A DNA stretch of 64,000 nucleotides from Callorhinchus milii. Its lineage: Eukaryota. The position numbers were made by a program, and so were the translations under genes. The notes beneath the pieces are model-generated. The model did not search any database. It was not told the DNA's origin and saw nothing but the letters and a program-made list of their open reading frames with translations. Positions 1 through 13,778 of this stretch are shown here, one piece after another. The stretch is taken from NCBI RefSeq assembly GCF_018977255.1, contig NW_024704742.1:100690001-100754000 (forward strand), given 5' to 3'. Position 1 is the stretch's first letter, and each line of letters opens with the position of its first letter.

Positions 1-495
1 CTGCAGTATTCCAAGGCACTGCTGATTGACAGCACAGCCAGTCTGGCTCATCAACAGGATCTGGAAGGGCAGACCAGTCACTGGGGGCAGGGAGTCAACC
101 CATTCAGCTCCTGTTAACCCTGCAAGCCAAAACTGTAACGGGTACGGTGGTCCTAGCTGGACAAGCAGTGGGAGAGCAAAGCTTACTGGACAGCAATATC
201 AATGGTAAGCTATGTAGTTTTAGCTGGTTAGACTCCAGCAGTACCCCAACACACTCTCTGGGGTCACCAAGCCTTGGCTCTTGCCAACCTGAGCCTCATA
301 CTTTCCAGAATTAGGTAAGCAGAATACGTCCCTCCAGGGAGAGAGTGTGCATTCCATTCCAACAATCTCACCCTCCACATCTATCTCTGGGATTTTCATG
401 TGTAGGTGAGATGCATGGAAATCTCGGCTTGGTTTGGCGCATGGTGATTGGTTTCCGCATGTGTCAGACACCGGCTGACCAAAACAAAAATGTTC
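1..495 (+). repeat. Unclassified interspersed repeat, copy 1 (truncated by the window start)
   Basis: 1-215 matches the reverse complement of 40197-40401; 210-490 matches 53432-53680. Confidence 0.8.
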
Positions 496-1494
496 AAATG
501 TTCTCTTCATTCAATCATTCCTATAGAATATGTATGCCTATCCCTGTTAGCAGTAAAGCATCCCTTGTTAAACACCACTAACTAAACCAACCTCTAAAAC
601 CCAATTCAACGCAAGCAGTGGAATGTTGGGTTCACACATCAATGATGTTGGCTCAAAAAACTTCAGTCTTCATTATATTTTCCACTTATAAGTACAATGT
701 TACAGTTAATAAATGTTCCAATAATCAAAAAATAAATGTATTCACAGACCGGTCAACATGTTCCCCTTTAAATGAACAGCCATAATAATAAATAATAATT
801 AATAAAGATCATTAATTATTATAACAATAAATAATCCTGTAATTTAATTTGAAATTAAACGCAATGATTAATTAATGAATTTATTATTTGAAATTAAATC
901 ATATGATGAAGAACCTTGTGAAATTCTCTTCTCAAATCATCAGGGTTAACAGGAGCTGAATGGGTGGAGCTTTAAACATTACCGATACGGGTAGACAAGA
1001 TCTTAGTTTAACATCTGATCTGAAGTACAGCATCTGCAATAGTTCTACTCCAGAAATGTTGCTGAAATGTCTCAAATCACTTCACAGGATATACTGTGGA
1101 GTGTAGTGACTGTATATTTTGCAGGCATATTTTGTATGACTGCTGTGTACTAAATTTGATGCCTGAAGCTAAAAATAGAAATGTGTTTTCAGTAGACTTT
1201 CAGCCACAGTAGTGTTCACAGATAAACATTAAATTACATGAACTGTAGGACTCCTGAAATAAATTGTCCAAAAATAAAAACCTGCTGAAGAAAACAGTAA
1301 TTGAAGTTCAAATTATTTAACTGCAAGCTGTATTTAGGCAGGGTGTAACACAAGCCTATTATTAAGTACTTGATCCAGTCAACAGTAAAATGTAACTGGG
1401 TCCATTGAAGCTTTTAAACATAAGCAAACCGTGTCTTACATGCAACAAAAATAGAACTCCTGATAACTGGAGTATTCAGTATCAGTAATTGCCA

Positions 1495-1908
1495 TAGTTG
1501 AGCCTGAGGACAGCAAAACAAGGGTTCCATCAATAATGGTCTCTCAAAGTTGAAGTTATGGGTTCAAGCCCCACATCGAGACTCTGAACTCACAGTCTAG
1601 TCTGACATTCCAGTACATTGCTGGGGGAACATTTTTTGTTGCAGGCGCCATACTTCAAATGAGATGTTAAACTCGTATGGGTGAACGTTTAGAGCTCTCA
1701 TAACATGATTTGAGAAGTGAATTTCACTCAGTATCCTGACCAACAAACTCCTAGATAAAATTGGTCATTCACATCATGGTTGTTTGTGGACATTGCTGTG
1801 CGCACAAATTGGCTGCGCATTCACCTACAAAATATACAGTAAATCCTGTGAAGTGCTTTAAGATGCCCTATTGACATGAAAGATGCTACATAAAATGCAA
1901 GGATTACG
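1495..1908 (+). mobile_element. Older DeuSINE-type element
   Basis: Homologous to 24670-25088. Confidence 0.75.
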
Positions 1909-4900
1909 GTGTACCATCTATTATCTCTGTTTGTAACACATTGTGCCTGTCTTTAAACATTCCTTTTCCTGCCTCCAATTTTCTCCTCTCCTGAAGATAC
2001 TAATGGTTCCTTGCACACTGAGCACTTGCTGGTACCCCATTCTCAACCTCAGACAGTGGGTGTTGGCAGGATACTTGACTATAGGGGGGGAAGGAAATTC
2101 TAGGTGAAGTCCACACAGGCATACCTTTCAACAGTATCCAGTGGATACCAATCAGTAACATTATCAATTGAGCATAAACCATATTTACCTTTTATCCATT
2201 TTTGGAATTTGTTTCTTATTATTCAACATCAGTTCAAAGATGCTCAAGGGTAGAAATCTTAGATACTGATAAAAGATGTCAAAGTCAATACCTTTTTTGA
2301 GTGATTGAGGGCCATTAATAAGCTTTGCTGTGAGTGGACTCTGCCACTCGATTGCCCAGTAGTTGAGTTCACTTCTTTGAAAACCCAGAACTGTCAGTGC
2401 CCTAAAATGTCACAGAAATAAACCTTTGCTTTAACTACGTTCAATATATATTTTGAGTCAAATGAAATGCTGTTTGTTTGAATAAATACCACTGATATCA
2501 AAATCTCAATGCAATTTTTGTAATGCAACAAAATGTGCAGTGGGATATATATTAGAAGTCCTTTCTATACAAGAATGAGGTGTAATTTAGGATGGATTGT
2601 CACAAGATAGCAAAGTCTCTGTGAATATATCCAGCTTTGGTATATATTAGAACTGCAACAATCTCTTTTGCAGTAGCCTATTTAATTGTAAAACACCATT
2701 GTGACCCCTTAAAGCACACACTTCACTGATGCTGCACTCAAGAGTAAGTGCAAAACCAATCAATATGAGAACAACATGAAGCACATTCACCTACCTTCTG
2801 ATCCATATTCTTTAGGTCAACACACTCCACAAGGGAAGGAGTTTGTAAAAAAAAAATTCCAACAGTAACTTTCATCCATAGTTATGTAAAATTCTGACTT
2901 TAAAAGTACTGTACCATTCAGGTACGAGAATAAGCCTGCAACCCGCAGCTAATATGGAGCTGGGTAAATTTTGCCACATTGATTGGTCACCTCGTAAAAC
3001 TTTTAAAATAACATGATTTTAGATCAAACATAAAGCACTTCCAGGCATTATTACTCGAAGCTTAAAGCGACTAAGGAATCGGCTTTGAATATGAACGTTT
3101 TCCAGTTTCCATAGCAGCAAATCATGCGCACATCATGTTAAACAATTAGGCTCTTGTAAAGTGATGCCTGCTGTGAACACAGATTAGTCTCCCGCACACC
3201 ATTTCCCGAGAGTTAATATTATTTGTATCACAACTTCCCAGTAAATTAGAAGTAACAATTGCATGTCTTGCTACTCCTGTAACATTTGGAAATACTGTAC
3301 TGTATTCATGTTAATTTTGCAGATTTCTTAATTAAAAATGTCCCTTAAAACTTATTTTGTTAAGAAGTCCTTGTTGGAAATCCTTCCTGCATCAGGAGGT
3401 ACTTTGGGTACGTCAATCTGATTTGAGGGAATCCTACTCCAAAAGTAAATTGAGTTAGAGAGTTGACATCGCAGATTTATTAAGAAATCCGTTAAGAAAT
3501 CCTGCAAATTAAACCCCATTAGATGGATTTAACAAAGAGGTCACATATTGTGTCTTTTGTATTGAAAAAAATTGCAAATTCCATCAAAAACCAATAGCAC
3601 TCCTCTGCTAGTTTTACATGATAGACCCCAGCAGAGCCACTTCTGATGATAAGATTAATAGGATATAGAACGGATCATAAAAACTTACTTGGAGGTGAAG
3701 ACAAAACAAAAGGAGTCTTAGAAGTTTCCATTGGGCTAATTTTTTGCTTATGAATTTACAGCTTGTGTTTGAGCATTACAGAAGTATCAAGTGAAATAAT
3801 AACAAAAAAAATTACAAAGAAACTAAAATTCTTTAAAGCAAAGAACTTCATTAGCTTTCTGTGGTGGTCCATAATCCAAACCAATTCCTTGATGAAGGCA
3901 TTCTCTGGAATGCTACACGTACCGCAAGGTGATGGGACGCAGAGCTCCACATGCCATTACCCACACAGTGAGCTCTTGATTTCAAGTGTACCCTGCGGCC
4001 AGTTTCTAAGTGGAGATCTGGAAGCCAGAAATTCAGCCTAGTTCTGACTTACACTTTTTTAGAAATCTAGTGTGGCTGACTTCTGGATCATCGGATCATC
4101 CTGATGTCACTTTCTGGGCATTACACAGGAAAAGCCACTAATGTTCCTGCATGGTACTTGCATGAAGTGACATTAGTCAATTCTTAGAATTGTAAATTCA
4201 TTATGGTATTTAACTGTCACATGATTTCCCGGGTCCTTGATTAGCCCAATGTGGATCCCACTTGATCCTCAACAAGTTTGATAGGTTTGAAATGGCGGTG
4301 GAGGTTTGATTAAAATACAGCTGAATGTTTGCCTGTGTGTGGAGTGAGTTGCTCACATAACAATGTGCTCCAAGGTTATGGTGCCTTGCTGCCGAAATGT
4401 AACACACGAAGGTTTGCACCATAAATCCTTCCTTCAAGGGGTTAAAGTAGTGGGATCAAACTATAGTGAAAATTATTCGGTCACAGTGTTTAGAAAAATA
4501 AATGGGCCTGTCTCACAATGTCAGTCTCCAGTAGATGTAAAGGATTAAGTTTGGTGAATTGCACCATCTAGAATTAGAGCAAACTTGAAGAAAACTGCAC
4601 CAACATCTGTCTTGTTTCAAACTAAGTGTCAACTCTTTGTAAAGTCATTTGCCAGAGAAGTTAGGGTCTTGCCAGGGTGTTTTAAACCTTCAAGCTAAAC
4701 TGTCGCTTATAACCTTGACAACTACAAAGCCTGACACATGCATGTTCCCCTGGAGGCTTCCCTGCAGTATTCTACAAGCTGCTCACGATCGCTGAGCCAT
4801 GACGCCACAGCACTAGCCTGACCTGACATAATGAGCAGCTATTTACAGCAAACAAGGTAGATGGAAGAACATAGACCTAAATGATGCTCTGGTGTAGGGA

Positions 4901-5344
4901 GGATTCCTCTGAGGTGCAAATGAGCCAGTCAATCTCAAGGTCTCTGAGGCTTGCTGGGACTGGCAATTTCAATCCCTTTAGGAATATGCAGTCACGAACC
5001 ACATACAGATCAATAAAATAAGTTACGGTGGGGGGCGGGGAATGACAATTAAACAAAAGAAAATATCTACTAAGTTTAGTTAGGTATATAACAGGAAATG
5101 CAATACTTTAAGAAATGTGTTTGTGGCATTGCCTTACATATCCATACACTTAACACGGGACAGAATGACGTATTGCAGATAGCAAAATACTGTATAGTCA
5201 GACCTCTAGCTGACATCATTACCCATTAGCAACACAATTGTTTACCAGACAGATATTATCTCACAATGTATTGAACAGCAGTTGGCTGCTTTTTGCCATT
5301 GTCAAATGCAAAGCAGGCACACCACACTCGTGTGACACTTAAAT

Positions 5345-5634
5345 AGGGGTAAAAAAATACATTGTGTGATGTAATAATTGTCACTAGTGATAATTATTCA
5401 CTGTTTTTGTGGGATGATTAAGTGTCAGCATTGAGATTTCACACTGGATTTAAAGTAAACCACAAGCACTCATTTTTAAAAAAAATCAAGTCATTATATT
5501 TATTTATTTAAAAGGGGGTTACCTCAGGTGACCCAAACTATAATAATACTGAACCTAGAGGTGGAAACGAGGCATGTGACGTGATAATCACCAATGGTGA
5601 TAATTATCACATCATACGTGGCACTTTTCACCCT
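5345..5634. mobile_element. MITE-like fold-back element with ~55-bp imperfect TIRs
   Basis: aggggtaaaaaaatacattgtgtgatgtaataattgtcac versus the reverse complement of the right end, agggtgaaaagtgccacgtatgatgtgataattatcac. Confidence 0.6.
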
Positions 5635-6479
5635 GATGAGTCTTACCCATCGAAATATCAAAATGCCTCACATAATGACAATATATTCTGAAGTGTTAAT
5701 GTGTGGTGACATACAGCATCTTATTTGCACTGTAACGTCACACAAATAATGATAAATAATAATAACAATCCTTGCATTTGATGTAGTGTTTTTCATGTCA
5801 GATGTCTCATAGAGTTTCACAGGATTTTACTATAAAATGTAATGACTGTATTTTGTAAGTGAATGATGATGAGATGAATGACTGAATAAGTTGTCTTGTT
5901 TTGGGGTATTGAATTTGGATGAGGAAGGAATATTAATCTGGACACAGGGAAGCTCCTTGTTCTTCAAATTATTATAGTGTAGTGGAACGTTTTAAAAAAA
6001 CAAATGAACTGTTGTATATTCTAAGTGAACCATACTTGCAAAATTGCAGCAAACAGAAGTCCAGTCGGTCCATCTGATAAAACATCATAATCAAATGGGG
6101 TAGAAATGTTCCGATCAAATTGAAACCCTGGTTCTCCCTAACCTAAAACTAACTCTTAAAAAAAGGACATAAAAAGTGAGTTTCATGAGATCTTTAATAT
6201 GAACCAAAAACACTGGAGGGGCAGCAAGCTTTCATTGAAGGACAACAACTCCAACAAGGCAGCCCTCCCCTGACTACTGAACTTGAATGTTAGCTGATAT
6301 TATGACTATTTTTCTTAGGACTGCTGTATTCTGTAATAGTGTAAATTACATAACTAAGTCATGAATTTTAGTTGAACTAATAAATGTTAGACACAAGCAC
6401 AGTTGAGTGACCAACTTGGTTTTGTCCTTTACTGGTTAGTTTATCAAGGAGAATTATATATTATACCTGTAGACGTGTA

Positions 6480-6823
6480 TCAGCTTGACTCAGTGGTAGT
6501 GCTCTCATCTCTGAATCAGAAGGTTGTGAGTTCAAATCCTATATCGAGACTTGAACTCACAGAGTCTAAGATGACACTCCAATGCAGTGCTGGGGGGAGG
6601 GGACGTCATGGACGTAAAAGAGAAGGAAGTTTCTCTTGATGTCTTGACCAACAATTCCGCAAATAAAATTAGTCATTCGTTTCATGGCAATTTGTGGGAC
6701 GTTGCTGTGCAATTATGCTGCCGCATTTGCATATAAATACATAGTCATTTCACAGTTAATCTTCAAAAATGCTTTGAGACATTCTTCTGATGTGATAAGG
6801 GACTATACCAAATACAAGGATTA
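6480..6823 (+). mobile_element. Older DeuSINE-type element, internal deletion
   Basis: ctcagtggtagtgctctcatctctgaatcagaaggttgtgagttcaaatcc head plus tail. Confidence 0.78.
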
Positions 6824-8493
6824 GATGTGTATGGTAATTACTAAGGTACAATGGCCACAAACTTAAAGGATGTAGCGGCCAGGACAGTATCTATCATTCT
6901 CTCAGAGAGCCTTCTAGTTTATCAATTAATGCAATTGAGAAAAAATATCACAGGCCTGGCATGAACCTTTACACAGCCTTTCAGAGAGAAGTTTACTTGC
7001 AGCTTTTTCCTTGCATTAGCTCCTGTCATCCACGAAACAGCAGAACCCAGTGGTGTCAATTATATTTGATTGACTGAGTAAAGCACACACAAATAAGCCA
7101 AAATAATGGACACAAAAATCTATATATGACTCCCCTTGTCAGAGAGCAAAAGCTTGCCTTCTCCATTTTCATGCTGCAGAGTGTTCTGCTACATGCTTAA
7201 ATGTTTCCTTCAACCCCCAAACTATCACCAATTAAGTTAGCAGGGTGTTCAAAGGTGTCAAATGACTCCCTCAGCGAATGGTTCTAACTGCTGTTCAATA
7301 AATGAGATCTAATTTATCAGTTTAACTTCACTTTCCAAAAAACTAATGTCTCCAGGTATTGGCTTCAGTCCACTTTGTGAGAAAATAAGGCAAAATAACT
7401 CCTGAGGTTCCTCTGGGGGCAACTTATATCTTATCTTTATGTTAACAAGAAAGTTCACAATGNTTTTTTTAACTAAACAGAAATACTGAATGCCTTCCTT
7501 TGTTTCCTATGTTTATACATTTTTTTCATTGACCAAGTGTAATCCACTTTAAATTTAGCACTGCAATAATAGATTGTTAATTTACGATCCTTCTTAATGG
7601 ATTTCTCGATACAAATAGCATCAAATCCCTAATATTTGATGTCTCCAGGTATTGGTTTATACCAATTTGTGACTTTTTTTTTACAGAGTTCTTAGAATTG
7701 GTGATGTTTGGGTTTCAGCACATTCTACATTTTAGAAATGGCAAAAATTACACCTTGCTTAAAAAATCTGCCAAGAAATATTGCAAATTTGACCCCTTGC
7801 GTTTAGTTAGTTGCATATATTTAAATAAAGCGGAGTTTATGATCACCTACATTGCAAAGCTCCAGAAATGTAACAGCTCACAGAAAGTTAGTTATCTTTA
7901 CGTACAGTCTTTCCACTTAAAGATAATTTGCACATAGCTCACAACCATTAGATAATTTGCTCACCAGTGCAACATATGCCTTTGAACAATGTCACTAACT
8001 ACATTGATCTAGGGTGAAAACGTTCATGGTGACTGCTTCTGTCCTTGAAGGAAGTCCATGTTTGTGTAAAAAAGACAATTCTCTGGCTCTTGCGTTACCG
8101 GATGGTGAAATAAATTAGGGTAATGATTTATGTTTACTCTTTTAGTCAATTCTGATAGAGGCTATGGAGACAAAATGACAAACTGCTTCAGTAGAAAATT
8201 TAAATCATGTCAGCCAATCTGTAGTTTTTTTCTTGCTTTAATTGCTCCCACTGTTCATTCATCTTCAGAGCCAATCTTTACAAGGAAGACTTGTTGATTC
8301 AGAGGATGGATAAGAGTTAAAGGTGAAATGGTTTGTCTGCTTTACCTCATGGAATCAGAGAAAGAAATTGTTCCGAGCTAAAAAGGGAGAAACTCTGGGT
8401 TGAAATTCCCCTGGGTCTAGACTTGCTCTATGCAGAAATGGGCAAATTGTTAAATTCACTCTTAACTTTGAAGCACGTTTTCTGTAGTCTTAA

Positions 8494-8849
8494 ATAATAA
8501 TAATCCTTGCATTTGACATAGAGCCTAATCACGCAGTTGAGACGTCTCAAAGCACGTCACAGAATATACTGTCAAGTGAATTGACTGTATATTTTGTGGG
8601 TGAAACATGGCAGATAATTGTGCACAGCAGTGTCCCACAAACAGTGGTTGATTGAATGATCAAACTTATTTTGGAAGGGATTATTAACCCCAGAAAGCGA
8701 TTTGCCAATCGACTAACAACCAGGTTCCTACTTACTGCTCGGTAAACAGAGTTGTGTGCAGTAAGGAAACTTGCCCAACGTTTTGCCCTGCCTGGGAATC
8801 GAACCTCGTTTGCGAGGTGAATGCTCTAACTAACATGCTACAGGACTCC
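8494..8849 (-). mobile_element. tRNA SINE, long subfamily
   Basis: ctacaggactcc head end; gccaatcgactaacaacc segment; shared tail. Confidence 0.9.
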
Positions 8850-9504
8850 ACAACTTGCAGAAAACTTCAAAATTAAGAATATGCTTCAGCCCTCTTTGAT
8901 GTTACCCCATGTGAAGGTCGCAATATAAATGCAAGGTGTCATTGTTGTTTAAGAATTCATGTAGCACATTCATTCATGTGGGCCAAGTGTCATTCTACTC
9001 CTTTCCATAAGTTCACTAAATCTATTTGTTTGAACTTATAAATAAATCAGTGATTTTAAACATATAATTTACTTTTACATTTGTGATGTCATGTTATTTA
9101 AAACATTGCTGTGTGCGATTGGCTGCTGCGTTTTACCCACAAAATATAATATATACATATTATATAATATAATAATAACATTATACTTATTAGTATATTT
9201 TGTGAAGCGCTTTAAAGATGTGATAAGGTGTGAAACAATGCAAGAATTATTATTATTATATTATTAGTGCTCATTTAACATGTTTAAGTTTAAGGTAGTT
9301 TACACTCAAAGGATGAAGAAATAGTATAAATGTAGAAAACAAAGAAAGCATTAGTATTTCGGTTTAATTAAAGCTAACTCTGTGAGTTCGCTTGTTTATG
9401 AAAAGGTAAGATATAAGTTACCCTCAGAGTAACTTGGGAAAATATTTTGCCTTATTTCTTCACAGAACCAATAGCCGGAGACATTTTTTTTGGAAAGCAA
9501 AGTT

Positions 9505-9745
9505 AAACTTATAAGAAATACATTTACAGCGCCTTTCACATCTAGAGGAAGTCCAAAGGCACTTAACAATCCTGTCTTGGCTCCTGAGCTTGGGATGGGA
9601 CCCGAGAGGGTGGGGAAAGATGACTGAAAGTGCAGTCAAAGAGGTAGGTCTTGAGATGGACGTTGAATGAGGTGAGGGAGGGAGCAAGTCAAAGAGACTC
9701 CAGGACGGAGTTTCAGAGAATAGTAGCAGAAACATTAGAATCCCG
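9505..9745 (-). mobile_element. L2 3' tail (second piece at ~9890-10090)
   Basis: catttacagcgcctttcacatctagaggaagtccaaaggc...ggagtttcagag. Confidence 0.7.
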
Positions 9746-11219
9746 CCCAATCTTACTGAATTGAGCAGAGCAGTGCCTAGCTCACATTGTAAAATTCCCT
9801 GAAGGGAGTGCATGAAATAGAACTCCCTCCCAATATGTTTAGCCATCGGGACTAGATCAGAGTTCCAAGATCACCCAGGGGAATGTCTCAAAATGCTTTA
9901 TAAAGACGGAGTAAGAGTCAGAGCTGGTGGTAGATTTTGAAAGCAGAGAGAGAGGGAGGCAGAGAGAATTTCTGAGAGCGGGGGCAAGTTGACTGAAAGC
10001 TCACTTACTAATGGTGGGGTGGACGGGATATGGGACATGAAGCAGGCGGAAGTATATGGAAGCGGAGGAAGTCGGATGGGGGATTAGGACAACAGGACAT
10101 CACGTAGATCCTCTTTACTAAGAAGCAGGATGGCCACTCTGTGCAGGCTTGGGAACTGTGTAAGAGAGACCCAAGGTCAGCAATGATATCACTTACGGTG
10201 CTGATGATTGGCAGCCACTTTTTGTATTTTGCAGCAAACAATTTTATTTAACAATTTTAAAGATCCCATGGCACAATGAAAAAGAGAAGGGAATTTCTCT
10301 TGAACATCCTGGCCAAAAGGTCCCCAAATAAAATTGGTGACTCACTCCATGGCTGTTTGTGGGTCATTGCTGTGCGCAAACTGGCTACCACATTCCACCC
10401 ACTAAATACACACTCAATCCAGTTTATGGTATACTCTGTGAAGTGCTTTGAATGTCTCAACAATGTGATCAGATGCTATTTCAAATGCAAGCATACATTG
10501 CTTTACAGCCATTAGATAGACCCCAATATAATCCTTGCATATGGTGTAGTGTTTTTTATGGCGGGAAGACATTGCAATATACACGATGACTGTGAATATT
10601 TTTTGTAGGCGAAACATGGCAGCTTATTTTGCACAGAGCAATGTTCCACAAACACAATATCGGAGAAGAGACAAACATTGTCACACGTTTGCTTTAAGTA
10701 TTGAAATTCCATGGCTTGACAACCTTCAAGGAGTAGTGACTATCTATCATGACGGTAACCTCGAACCTTTGTCAATGAATGACAAAGATTCAAGAGGTTG
10801 TCAAAAGAGAGCGGTGGCACAGCACACCTCACCTTAGGGACAAGAAAAACCACAGGGAGGATCATCAGCAGGATGCTCCAAGAAAAGCGTGTTTAAAATC
10901 CAGTACATCTTACAGTGTATCAAAGCAGTTTACTTTGATTTATTGTAATATTTCGTCTCAGGTTTTGTTTCAATGCCAGACTTCTGAAACAAAACCAATT
11001 GGTGCCCATTGATATTATGCTGCTCGGAATATATTGTAGATAGAGGAAGAAACCTGTGAGTTCCTCTGTACATATGTGTTTACACATAGTTCATATATGG
11101 CGCATAATTCAGTCAAGCTTTCAGATTTTTAACAATTGCAGTCATGTGGATTTGACTGCAATGTTTTGAAGTTTAGCAAGTTAGTACAGGAGCACACTTG
11201 GATCAAATTTGTATAAAAT

Positions 11220-11592
11220 AATAACCCTTTGATACATAATTGAAATGTCTCAAAGCATTTCATAGGAATTTTTGTAGAGTGTAGTAACTGTGCATTTTAT
11301 AGGGAAATGTGGTAGCCAATTTGCAGTGATGTTCCACAAATAGTTATGATGTGAATGACCAATTTTATCTGGATAAAACTTATCTGGAGAAATCCCTTAT
11401 CCATTTTGAATACGGTCATGAGATCTTTAACATCTAACTAAACAGACAGATAGGACTCAGTTCATCTGGAAGCTTGATATCTCTGATAACACAGAATTTC
11501 CCTAGTATGGCAGTGTCATCTTAGACTGTGAGTTCAAAGTCCCAACATAGTACTTTGAACTTGGAACTTCTGACTCAGAGGCAAGGGTGCTA
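11220..11592 (-). mobile_element. Older DeuSINE-type element
   Basis: catgagatctttaacatc...cttctgactcagaggcaagggtgcta. Confidence 0.75.
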
Positions 11593-11925
11593 CAACAACA
11601 ACAAATTACATTTGTTTAGCGTCTTTCATGTTGGGAGAACGTGCTAAGCCACTAGACAGTCAGGGATTCGAACCCGCGCTGGGGGTTGGAGATCTGGAGG
11701 GGTGGAGGGCAGGGAGAGTAGGGGTAAGAGGGTGACCGAAGGCATGGTCAAAGAGGAGGGTCTTAAGATGTGCCTTGAAGAAGGTATGGGAGGGAGCAAG
11801 ATGAAGAGACTGTGGAATGGAGTTGCAAAGGGTAAGGGCAGAGAGGCTGAAGGCTCGACCGCCGATGATAGGCCAGGCGGGGGATGTGGAGCAGGCCAGA
11901 GCCTGCTGAGTGGAGGGAGCGGGCA
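11593..11925 (-). mobile_element. L2 3' end
   Basis: (CAA)n-acatttgtttagcgtctttcatg followed by a G-rich L2 3' region. Confidence 0.8.
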
Positions 11926-12809
11926 GGTTGATATGGCAAATATCGACTTGCTGACGATATTATTAAAGGGGGTTAATGTGAAAAAAAAAAGCCTTCGACT
12001 CCACTGTAAGTGCATGTTAGTTATACTGTATTATTGGTCGATGTTCATACCCATTTCCAATTCTCATGAACTGTGACAGTCTGCCCTTTATTATTTTCGC
12101 CCAAATGTACATTTAATAATATACGATAGCTTGGATTTGTTATCCATGAAAAAGAAAAGCTTTTCTCACTATATATTTAGAGGATTGTATGTTCTTTCAG
12201 TCACCTTGGAGGAGAAGTTCTGCCTATTACTTTAATGCCTACCTCCTACACCATAAATCCAGCTAATAAGCACTGATCAATAAAAAGATTGAAAGGCTTC
12301 AGGAGGCTCTCTACTTTAGTCAAAAATACATACACAAAGTTGCCGTGTGATGAATGTTACTATCTTATTTTTGGAAAAGTTGACAGATGATATAATTTGG
12401 CTGAGCCACTCTTAACTAGTACAGTCAATAGTTTCAGCTGGGCACATATCTCCCGCAGTATTCCAGTGTGAGAGGCACATGCTCTATAATTAAATCATCT
12501 GAGACAAAGATCAAAGTGACTGATTAGTATTCTTAGGCCTACAGTAACATTAGACAGCAATCTCTAAGCTAAAGAACGGTCTTTGGGCTTTCTTGAAAAC
12601 ATTACTAAGGGCTTGACAACAATAAACGTAAAAGGTGTAACGATCCCTTACCGAGCTCAATGCACCCTTGGTCATTTTTGGTGTTTTTTTGTAGGATTAT
12701 AAAAGCAGAAGAATTGCTGGGCGAAGGAAGACCAAGGAACATCCAGTTTTCCTTCCACCATCCAGGCAGTCGCTTGCACGTGTCATGTCCCAAACTATAT
12801 ACTGTATCA

Positions 12810-13778
12810 CAAGATATTATTTCCTAACTGAAATCTATCTAATTTGTTCTTGAAAGATTCGACTTTCTGCTTCCACCGTCTCCCTAGGGAGCCTGGTTCC
12901 ATACATTTCTACTCACTCACTGAAGTACTGTTTCTGCAGAATTGTTTTGAATTTACCTCTCTTCAATTGCAGTCCATGTCAACAACAACAAAATTACATT
13001 TGTATAGTGCCTTTCACGTTGGGAGGACGTCCCAAGGCGCTGGACAATCAGTGTTTTGGACCTGAGCTGGGGGTCGGGATTGGGGAGGGTGGAGGACAGG
13101 GGGAATGGAGGGTGACCAAAGGCACGGTTGAAGAGGAGCGTTTTGAGATGGGTCTTGAAGGAGCAAAGGGAGGAGGCGAGGCGGAGGGACTGTGGGATGG
13201 AGTTCCAGAGGCTGGGGTTAGAGTGTTAGAAGGCCTGCCTGCCAATTGTGGGGCGGGTGCATTGGTAGGGGATTAGGAAGTCGCAGAAGTAGGGTGGAGC
13301 AAGGCCATGGAGGACTTTGAAGGTGAGGACTAGGATCTTGAACTGTATCCTCTGTGTGATGGGAAGCCAGTGGAGTTGGGTGGGGATGGGGGTGATAGGG
13401 TCACAGAGCCTGGTGCGGGAGAGGACACGGGCTGCAGAGTTCTGGATGATCTGCAGCCTATGGAGGGAGGATTTGTGGAGGCCGACAAGCAGGGAGTTTG
13501 CGTAGTCGAGCCTGGATGTTATGAATGAGTGTATGAGGGTCTTGGCGGCCTGCGGTGTAAGACAGTGGTGGAGCCGGGTGATGTTGTGGAGGTGGGGGAA
13601 GGCAGAGCAGGTCATGGCATGGATGTGGGGTAGAAAGGATAGTTTAGGGTCAAACAAGACGCCAAGGTGTCCTTTTGTTCTACTGTTTAGTACAAAAAGA
13701 AATCTACTTATCGTCTACATTATCTAGTCCTCTAGAATCTTAAAGACTGCAATCATATCGCCCCTCAACTTCTTTTCT
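12810..13778 (-). mobile_element. Old CR1 3' fragment (12810-12980 and 13667-13778) split by an L2 insertion
   Basis: CR1-like sequence continues on both sides of the L2; tgtc is repeated at the two junctions. Confidence 0.6.
12981..13666 (-). mobile_element. L2-clade LINE 3' end with (TTG)n tail
   Basis: ORF 13226..13657 LIHSFITSRLDYANSLL...LHWLPITQRIQFKIL; tail gtgaaaggcactatacaaatgtaattttgttgttg. Confidence 0.93.

Noticed and set aside
5633..5660. CTGATGA...CGAAA hammerhead-like core
   Set aside because: No stem II or stem I pairing; it overlaps the end of a fold-back element and is likely chance.
10938..10996. Possible terminal exon KSGIETKPETKILQ-stop
   Set aside because: The acceptor is one arm of a 12-bp palindrome (ggttttgtttca/tgaaacaaaacc) and there is no independent support.
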